A DNA stretch of 64,000 bases from Kiritimatiellia bacterium. Lineage in GTDB: Bacteria > Verrucomicrobiota > Kiritimatiellia > RFP12 > UBA1067. The notes beneath the pieces were generated by a model. The model ran no database searches and was not told the DNA's origin. It saw nothing but the letters and a program-made list of their open reading frames with translations. Positions 18,432 to 25,247 of this stretch are shown one piece after another (the first letter of the stretch is position 1; each line of letters opens with the position of its first letter). The stretch lies in assembly GCA_017454745.1 (NCBI GenBank), contig JAFTCL010000069.1, positions 17,826-81,825 of the forward strand. The letters are read 5' to 3'. The translations under genes and the position numbers were made by a program.

Positions 18432-20928
18432 TTGGCTCGACCACCTTGCCGTCCCGCTGATCTTCCGGCTTGTGGTCATGCCCGATATACTGCGCGTTGG
18501 AATCCATCCATAGTATGAGACGCGCCCATTCGTCCATCGTCAATGCGACATCGTGATGTCCCTTGCGCAGCATCTTATAAAGCGGCGAGCCGAGTGCGCC
18601 GGTCGTGCAGGGTAGGGAGTAGGATGGTTCCTGGAACCCCTCGCCGCCACCCTGATACTTATGGGTAATCTGGTATTCCCTCGTGAAGAAATGGACATGC
18701 GGACGAAGCGACATATACGAGGTACTCAACCCCATCGGATTCTTCCGCCAATCTCCAGCCCGCAGATCCGGCGCCTTCGCGTCGCGCTTCTCGCCGTGGC
18801 ATTTCACGCATTTGGCGTCCAGCACCGGCTGTACCAGACGGGGATAGGAAAAGGGCTTGGCCCCCTCGATCGCCGGGGCGATCTTGCTGGGGGAGCGCTT
18901 CACCGCCAACGGTGTCGGCGTTGTTCCTGTCTTGAACGATCCGGGCCGCCGTTCGTGGCACCCGTTGCACATCAACCGCTCGCCCGGCTTGACATAGGTA
19001 TCGCTCCGCATGTTCTGCACGCACCGGCCTTCACCGTCCAACGCCTGGAAATAGAGCGGCACATCCACCGGTGCCTCGAAATAGGCGCTGCCGTCCGACT
19101 CGACGGGAACCGTCCCCAGACACTGCCGCGCGACCTGAAGATACTCGCCGCCCAGACGCGGCTCGCCGTTGATAGGGAAGATCTTCGGCAACACCTGCCA
19201 GACCCGGAGCGCCTTCACTACCGTCCCCTCCGGGAAGGGCTCCTTGGCGTTGTAGACATTCATCAGCCCGATCAGCGCCGTCTTGGGCAACTGATTGTCG
19301 GGGATCGGATCGGGACGCTTCCCATCGGCATCGGCGGGCCGACCGCGCAGGCTCTGCTCCGCCATCTGCGGCGGAATCTCGCGCGGTCCCAACGGGATCG
19401 GATCGAGGCAGGAGATTGTCGGATGGGTATAAAGTCGCGTCTTGTTGCCGAATGCGTCCAGCAGCACAATCGAGTATCGCCGGATGGAGGGCGGATTGTA
19501 GAAACCGTTCCCGTTCCCGTCATAGACGCAGAGGTAATACTTCTCGCTCAACGGCCAGGCGGTCGCGTAGGAACCGCTCGAACGACCTTTCCCCGCCTCG
19601 CTCTCCGCAAAGGGCTGTTCCGGCGTCAGCCGCCGGATACAGCTCATCTCGCCGTCATCCGGCACCGTCGGGTCGATGAGAACGAATGACCCGCACGCCC
19701 ACCCGTGGTGCGGCGCGGCGGTCGCCACATACTTCTGGCTGCCGGGAATCGACCGGACATTCATCTCCATCAAGGGGCCGCTCCCCCAACGGAGGCGCGT
19801 GTTGCCGTTGACCTCGCGAGGATCACGTCCGTCCGGTGTCGTAGTCCAGGCGTGGTGCGCCTGGCTGTGCCCGCGATCCACATAATCCCAACGGGTATAG
19901 ACGATCATCCCCGCGTGGTTGACACTCGGATGCCACTCGTTGGTTTCGTGCGGTGAGAGCTGGACGATATCGGAACCGTCGGCGAACATCGAGTGAAGCG
20001 TGAAGGTCGGGACAGGACGTCCGTGGCACCTGCCGAATCCGCCCCGGCGCTCGGAGATGAATGCGACTCTGCCGTTGGGCAGCCAGCACGGATCGAAATC
20101 GTTCACCGTCCCGGTCGTCAGCTGCACCAATCCAGAACCATCCGCGTTGCACTTGAAGATATGCCAAACTGTGTCGTCCTCCCACTTACGGATATCCGGT
20201 TTTCCCCGCGTGTAGGCAAAAAGGATCTCCTTCCCGTCATACGACACATCGGGCGAGAGATAGCCTCCGCGCCCGAGTTGCTGTCCCTTCCACGTACCCG
20301 CCTCGATTGTCCGCCCGTACAGAATGTCTCGTGCGACTGGATGGTCGGAGAAGGGGTTCTCCAGCACATACAGGCCATCACCAAAGCTGGCACCCCGCAA
20401 CGTCGCGTGGAAGCCGAAATACTGGTCACACATATGCGAGCCGCCGTGATACTCGTCAAACGGCTTGGGCTCATGTGTCACAAACACCAGCCGGTCGATC
20501 CCCTTCAAAAGCGGATTGGAAAGCGCCAGTTTTCGATTCACGGCCATTAGCCGCGAGAAGAAGGGGAATCGCATCTCCGCCCAATCGCGGAAGGGAACCT
20601 TCGCTGTTTCCGAGGCCAACGCATCCATCTCTGTCTTGGCCCAGCCGACATCCACACCCGCCTCGGCCAGATCATCCGCCAACGCGCGGGTCCGACGGAA
20701 GAGCACATCCAGCGGATCCTTGTCCACGGGAAGAATCGTCGCCGCCACATTCACCGCCTGATCGGGATTCCGTGACGGCAACCGTTTCCAATTGTCGATA
20801 TCCCGGCGGATAAGATCCCATGCCTCATGGGTATCCGGCGCGAAACCTCCCGCGTCGGGATATTCCGCAGCCATTCCGGCAATCGCCACGCATCCCCACA
20901 CAAATAACCACCAAATATCAATCCGCAT
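18421..20928 (-). CDS. Exported PD40-type beta-propeller protein with two CxxCH haem-c motifs (HzsA-like architecture), paralog 2; helical N-terminal module
   Basis: ATG with a GGAGGAG RBS and a signal peptide. DPCWLPNGRVAFISERR and YTRWDYVDR. CNGCH at 18955-18969 and CVKCH at 18796-18810 (VQPVLDAKCVKCHGEK). Confidence 0.85.
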   Translation of the reverse strand: MRIDIWWLFVWGCVAIAGMAAEYPDAGGFAPDTHEAWDLIRRDIDNWKRLPSRNPDQAVNVAATILPVDKDPLDVLFRRTRALADDLAEAGVDVGWAKTEMDALASETAKVPFRDWAEMRFPFFSRLMAVNRKLALSNPLLKGIDRLVFVTHEPKPFDEYHGGSHMCDQYFGFHATLRGASFGDGLYVLENPFSDHPVARDILYGRTIEAGTWKGQQLGRGGYLSPDVSYDGKEILFAYTRGKPDIRKWEDDTVWHIFKCNADGSGLVQLTTGTVNDFDPCWLPNGRVAFISERRGGFGRCHGRPVPTFTLHSMFADGSDIVQLSPHETNEWHPSVNHAGMIVYTRWDYVDRGHSQAHHAWTTTPDGRDPREVNGNTRLRWGSGPLMEMNVRSIPGSQKYVATAAPHHGWACGSFVLIDPTVPDDGEMSCIRRLTPEQPFAESEAGKGRSSGSYATAWPLSEKYYLCVYDGNGNGFYNPPSIRRYSIVLLDAFGNKTRLYTHPTISCLDPIPLGPREIPPQMAEQSLRGRPADADGKRPDPIPDNQLPKTALIGLMNVYNAKEPFPEGTVVKALRVWQVLPKIFPINGEPRLGGEYLQVARQCLGTVPVESDGSAYFEAPVDVPLYFQALDGEGRCVQNMRSDTYVKPGERLMCNGCHERRPGSFKTGTTPTPLAVKRSPSKIAPAIEGAKPFSYPRLVQPVLDAKCVKCHGEKRDAKAPDLRAGDWRKNPMGLSTSYMSLRPHVHFFTREYQITHKYQGGGEGFQEPSYSLPCTTGALGSPLYKMLRKGHHDVALTMDEWARLILWMDSNAQYIGHDHKPEDQRDGKVVEPIME

Positions 20929-21303
20929 CTTCTTCTCCTCCCATTTATCGTAACGTTCCAGCCTGTAACTTCCAACGCAAAGGGAGAGGGATCGTTTAAC
21001 ACTCCCTCAACTCTCAAACGCTTAACCCTCACAACTTCCTTAGAACGACGCCTTCAGATTGATGCCGCCCCACAGGCAGTCCTCATCCCAACCGGCAGCC
21101 TCGTTCGCCCGCGCGTCCGTCCACAGCAGGGAGGTCCACGAAAGTAACGTACACCGCCCCACCCAAAACAATTGCACACGTGACACATAACACTTTCTTC
21201 ATCTCGTCTCATTGTGTTCACTTTCACACCTTCACGGAATAGAGAAATGATAGCGGAAAACAATCCCCTCACACAATACCCCTCTTTAACGCCACACAGA
21301 AAA

Positions 21304-23460
21304 TCAGCGAATGATGAGGACAAATCCTCCGACTTCCGTATATCCGAAAAGTTCGAGTTCGGAGACATTACCCCAGAAGTTGATACTGTCATCTGGATTT
21401 TTGACGAAAACATACCGATATGCAATCGATGAAGTACCAATGACCTCACTCCACTGCATCTGGCCGTTGGCTGTGAAGGGTTCAGAGATGACATCGTAGT
21501 TCGTGCTCCAGTTCTCGTCGTCGTTCGACCCACAAACGACAGCACCTGTTAGGCGACCCCAGATGTCGGCGTTGGTGCTGTTGCGCGTGCAGGCACGGGC
21601 CGAAGTCACCACCCGCGGGCAACGGAGATCGACGCCCAGCGCCACGCCCTTGCCGCTCGCCCAGTCCACATTGTCCGCCAAATCGCAACAGGTATCCGTG
21701 TTGCCGTCGAACGCAAACCGAGGATGAGCCATCGCGTTATAAGGATAACCCTTGTAGATTACCGAAACACCCGGACGCAGTTTCGTCTTATCGGACGAAT
21801 CGCGCTCAAGCTGACGAATGTCACCGGCCAACACAGTATGCGAACGTTCGCCTTCCTGTTCTCCGGCCGTACAGGAGACGGCATAATGGTAGACGCGACC
21901 CGACCTAACCTGAGTGTCGATAAACTCCGTTGTCGAGGTTTCGAGGGTGGCGACAGGAACCCACTCAACGGTTCCGTGTTCACGACGATAAACCTTATAG
22001 CCGTCCACGCGCACATCGGAGATCGCCGCAGCCGACCATGTGAGCTTATACCCGCCAGCTGCCTTCTCGACGGCCAACGCCGTCGGCACGGCCGTTACCA
22101 TCGAACAGAACTCAATTTCCGCAATGCTGCCGTAACTGCCGTCGGGAGCATGATAGCGGATGTAACGCGTAGCGACCGGATTGTCAAGCACTACCGTCAC
22201 CACCGTCCGCTCCGGCGGCTTCGCAGCAATCGTATGGATCGTCTGCACGTTTACCATAAATTCGGAGTCTTCAGCCGTCTGAAAATAACCGTCCTTTACC
22301 GTTCCCTCGCCGCCTAGACCATTACTATTATTGCGCCGCCACACATAGCGGATTGCCGTGATGTGACGAGATTCGCCGAAATCCTGTCCGAACCAGGCGT
22401 TATTGGTCTCGGCGTCCGCCTTCGCTACATCAACAAATGACTCCATGTCACCGTCAAAGCTGTGCGTTCCGTCTCGTCCTGCACTATAACTGGACGTCGT
22501 GCCTATGTAGGCCCCCAGATTCCATACTCGGTACGGCAGCGTCCATTCAATCCATTCGCTTGCACCCACCGGCGTTGCGGCCCGGAGGCGATAGATGACA
22601 GCATCTTTCGTCGCGTCGGCAACGCGTAGCAACGAGTAGTCGCTGTTTGTCTGGGTGAAGTACAGGGCGGCGGCGGATTCCCACGTCTCTCCCGCCATCT
22701 TGCTCTGGAGCAGGAAGGTCGTACCAGGCTGGGCCTCGGTTAGCAGAACGTTGACAAAGCCGTTGAACCGATCAACGCATTTGACCGTCGGCAACTGTCC
22801 GGCCTCGCCATCGGCCGGTAGATTCTCGGCATCATAGCCGAGAAATTCGAGTTCGGTGCAATTGCCGCACATTGTACCCGGTACGTCTCCAGACGTATAG
22901 GAGACAGGGCCTATGATACGGAAATAAGTGAAGGCCTTGAACGCACCTGAAACGGGATTGGTCACACGCTGTAGAACCAGCTGAGCTTGTTGTGTTCCAA
23001 AGTTTGCATCGTCTGTGATTACGTGAATCGTTTCCGCATCCGAGAAATCCGCGTGAGTGGCACCCTGGATGAGACAACCGTGTAAGCGGTGGCGCCTACC
23101 CGAACGGCAGTTGACGCGAATCGCGGTTACGATCTTTGGACGGGTGAATCCTATACCAGCCCAGCAGCCGCCGGCCTGTGCCGCCGTGCCGGGCGGGTCA
23201 AAGTAATTGGAGGAGACGGTCGTGTTTCCATCGAAGATCTGCTCCTTCGTATGTCCGTTGTTGTTCCAAGACCCTTCCGTTCCGTAAACAACGAGCTTGC
23301 CCTGCTCATCGACGATCAAGTCACTGTTGGACGGTGTTGCATTGTCGTTCAACAGTTCGCCCGTCCAGTCATATGCCAAAGCCGACGAACCGAAAACAAT
23401 CGTCAATGCCACCGTTACGCAGATTGACGCGAACACAGTGCGAATCATCTTAGTTTTCAT
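21304..23460 (-). CDS. Secreted protein with three F5/8 type C (discoidin)-like domains and one fibronectin type III domain
   Basis: Signal peptide MKTKMIRTVFASICVTVALTIVFGSSALA. Three FDG(N/D)-type discoidin-like modules (IFDGNTTVSSNYFDPP, HSFDGDMESFVDV, FAFDGNTDTCCDL). Fn3 segment (PTALAVEKAAGGYKLTWSAA...GYKVYRRE...YHYAVS). AGGAAGGA RBS. Confidence 0.8.
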   Translation of the reverse strand: MKTKMIRTVFASICVTVALTIVFGSSALAYDWTGELLNDNATPSNSDLIVDEQGKLVVYGTEGSWNNNGHTKEQIFDGNTTVSSNYFDPPGTAAQAGGCWAGIGFTRPKIVTAIRVNCRSGRRHRLHGCLIQGATHADFSDAETIHVITDDANFGTQQAQLVLQRVTNPVSGAFKAFTYFRIIGPVSYTSGDVPGTMCGNCTELEFLGYDAENLPADGEAGQLPTVKCVDRFNGFVNVLLTEAQPGTTFLLQSKMAGETWESAAALYFTQTNSDYSLLRVADATKDAVIYRLRAATPVGASEWIEWTLPYRVWNLGAYIGTTSSYSAGRDGTHSFDGDMESFVDVAKADAETNNAWFGQDFGESRHITAIRYVWRRNNSNGLGGEGTVKDGYFQTAEDSEFMVNVQTIHTIAAKPPERTVVTVVLDNPVATRYIRYHAPDGSYGSIAEIEFCSMVTAVPTALAVEKAAGGYKLTWSAAAISDVRVDGYKVYRREHGTVEWVPVATLETSTTEFIDTQVRSGRVYHYAVSCTAGEQEGERSHTVLAGDIRQLERDSSDKTKLRPGVSVIYKGYPYNAMAHPRFAFDGNTDTCCDLADNVDWASGKGVALGVDLRCPRVVTSARACTRNSTNADIWGRLTGAVVCGSNDDENWSTNYDVISEPFTANGQMQWSEVIGTSSIAYRYVFVKNPDDSINFWGNVSELELFGYTEVGGFVLIIR

Positions 23461-23666
23461 CCTTTATTCCTTCCTTGTTTGGTTAATGATTAACTCCAAC
23501 CAATTTCAAATTGGCATTGGTAAGTCGATGATCATGCGTTTTCTCCTGCGGGAGGTTCCCACTCGAATGACGGCGGCTACACTTTGCCGTTGTGCTGGGC
23601 ACAAACGGTTTGTCGTTGGTTCCAAATCGCCGAGGAAATAAAGTCCGTCCGTCCTGAAAATACAAA

Positions 23667-23699
23667 ACGACAGGCCGCAAACCGTCTGCGACCTGTCGT
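23667..23699 (-). terminator. Candidate terminator downstream of the Rpn gene
   Basis: Stem ACGACAGG / CCTGTCGT (23667-23674 / 23692-23699) with an inner CGCA/TGCG pairing. On the minus strand it is followed by TTTGTATTTTCA. Confidence 0.4.
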
Positions 23700-23755
23700 C
23701 TGAAATGGTGTAAAACCGCACGAAAAGCGCGTTTACTGCGTTTTCTCTTAAGTTA

Positions 23756-23768
23756 CCCCCCCCCCCCC
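23756..23768. repeat. Homopolymeric C13 (G13 on the minus strand) tract in an intergenic region
   Basis: Direct count: 13 consecutive C at 23756-23768, 89 bp beyond the Rpn stop and about 296 bp upstream of the discoidin gene start. Confidence 0.95.
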
Positions 23769-23856
23769 GCCATCTGCGCAACGCCGTCCAAACGCGTTCT
23801 CCACGCGCCTGTGGCAATCCACCCGCCGATGTTATGAGTTGTGGGTATCATCGTGG

Positions 23857-24759
23857 TCATTTGAGCTTTCCGATCTCCGCGGCGGAAAGGCCGGTCGCCG
23901 CCGCGATCTGCGCGTCAGTAAGATTCATGGCCTTTAGGTTCCGAGCTGTCTGGAGTTTGTCGTTACGCAACATCTCAACCGCCGCGTCGCGCTCCGCCAT
24001 TGCCGCGTCGCGCTCCGCAAACGCCCTGTCCATGTAGGCTTTCTTTGTCGCCTCGATGCTGACGCGGTCCCAGAATCCGTCGTATGCGGCCCTCTCCGCG
24101 TCGTTGAGTCCAGACTCCCTCACGATCTCCAGTGCCTCACCCGTCTGCGGATTGTCGAGAAGGTCCTGCGACACCTCGTCCGCGCCGTCAGGGTCGATCT
24201 CGGTCAGGAACCGGAGCCAGAGAACCTGCATCTTCTTCTCGGTGAAGTTCTTCGCCTTGAACTTGGGGAGCTCCACGAACACAAGGTGCAGCCCGTCAAG
24301 CACCTTGTCGGAGCGGAGGTCGTGCACGAGATGGTAGTAGTGGTAGTACCCGTCCAGTTCCGGCTCGAAGGTGTGGTTCACCAGACTCAGGGAATAGACG
24401 GGCTGGAGCATCTGGTAGTTGTCGCCCTTCGGCAACTGCCGGACATACGCCTTGGCGGAATTGAGCAGAACCCTCTGTCTGAAGTCGGGGAACCATTCCA
24501 TCTGCATCTCGACGATGAACTTGCGCCCGCCCGTCTCCCCGCACCGCACATCGACGATGGTGCTCTTGCCGAGCGGCGTTTCCGGCACCATTTCCGGCGT
24601 CATGTATTCAATCGACTCGATTTTCTTGCCCTCGTCAAGGGGCAGCAGGGCGTTAAGGAGGCTCATGACGAGATTCTTGTGCTCGCCAAAAACCTTCTTG
24701 AAAGTCACATCCGCCTTTGGATCAAGGTACTTTGCCACGTCTTTTGCCTCTGCTTCCAT
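23857..24759 (-). CDS. Rpn-family recombination-promoting nuclease / PD-(D/E)XK putative transposase
   Basis: KYLDPKADVTFKKVFGEHKNLVMSLLNALLP, IVDVRCGETGGRKFIVEMQMEWFPDFRQRVLLNSAKAY, and a C-terminal helical tail (ARNLKAMNLTDAQIAAATGLSAAEIGKL) are typical of the Rpn / T_den_put_tspse family. Confidence 0.85.
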   Translation of the reverse strand: MEAEAKDVAKYLDPKADVTFKKVFGEHKNLVMSLLNALLPLDEGKKIESIEYMTPEMVPETPLGKSTIVDVRCGETGGRKFIVEMQMEWFPDFRQRVLLNSAKAYVRQLPKGDNYQMLQPVYSLSLVNHTFEPELDGYYHYYHLVHDLRSDKVLDGLHLVFVELPKFKAKNFTEKKMQVLWLRFLTEIDPDGADEVSQDLLDNPQTGEALEIVRESGLNDAERAAYDGFWDRVSIEATKKAYMDRAFAERDAAMAERDAAVEMLRNDKLQTARNLKAMNLTDAQIAAATGLSAAEIGKLK

Positions 24760-25247
24760 TCATGGGCATGTCTAATTGAGGAAACAAGAATACTTTATCA
24801 AAATCGCCGTGGGATTGCAAGCGCGAAAGCGTGAAAATCAAACCCGTGTAGAAAGTCAAGCGCGACTTCGCCGACAAGCCGGTCTGAAGTCTCACGCAAT
24901 TCTTACCTCTGTTCTGTCATCATTCCTAATTCCTGTCCCCCGTAATCGCAACTACGCTTTTATCAGCAATTTTAGTAATTCCGTTTACTAAATTCTACCG
25001 GTCTTCCTCCAAAAACAGGATGCAATCACGACCGGTTTCGCGTATAGTGTTGCCATTAACACTGGATGAGGATTATAAGAATACGCTACTGCTACTGTAT
25101 GATGGTTCTGCTTCTCCCGCTTTTCAAACTTTTCACGCAGAAGAATGCGGAAAGAACGGTAAATTTCGCTTGTAGTTCCTGATTACCAACGCCACCGGCT
25201 ACTCCCTAATCTCTAACCCCTATTCACTAACCTCTAACCCCTGTTCT

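Noticed and set aside
18661-19689. 342-aa plus-strand ORF
   Set aside because: Antisense shadow of paralog 2, with no motifs.
21054-21545. 163-aa minus-strand ORF
   Set aside because: Its 5' half overlaps the 3' end of the discoidin gene in another frame, and the translation is Cys/Arg/Gly-rich without motifs. Two shorter ORFs in other frames of the same spacer look more gene-like (reported as a finding).
23506-23817. 103-aa minus-strand ORF, plus 23297-23641 and 23483-23680
   Set aside because: They span the promoter/palindrome region and the C13 tract. They have no RBS and no coding-like composition, so I treat the region as non-coding.
23857-24759. Calling the Rpn locus a defined insertion sequence
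   Set aside because: I found no terminal inverted repeats or target-site duplications by eye in either flank. It is reported as a solitary nuclease gene with unusual flanks instead.
24776-24991. 71-aa plus-strand ORF in the Rpn right flank
   Set aside because: AT-rich with low third-position G+C, no RBS and no motifs.
24990-25180. Possible decayed four-helix-bundle (23S rRNA IVS-type) small gene on the minus strand (..TSEIYRSFRILLREKFEKREKQ..)
   Set aside because: Only an EIYR-like tetrapeptide resembles that family. The frame is stop-bounded, without a start, and too short. This is not supportable.
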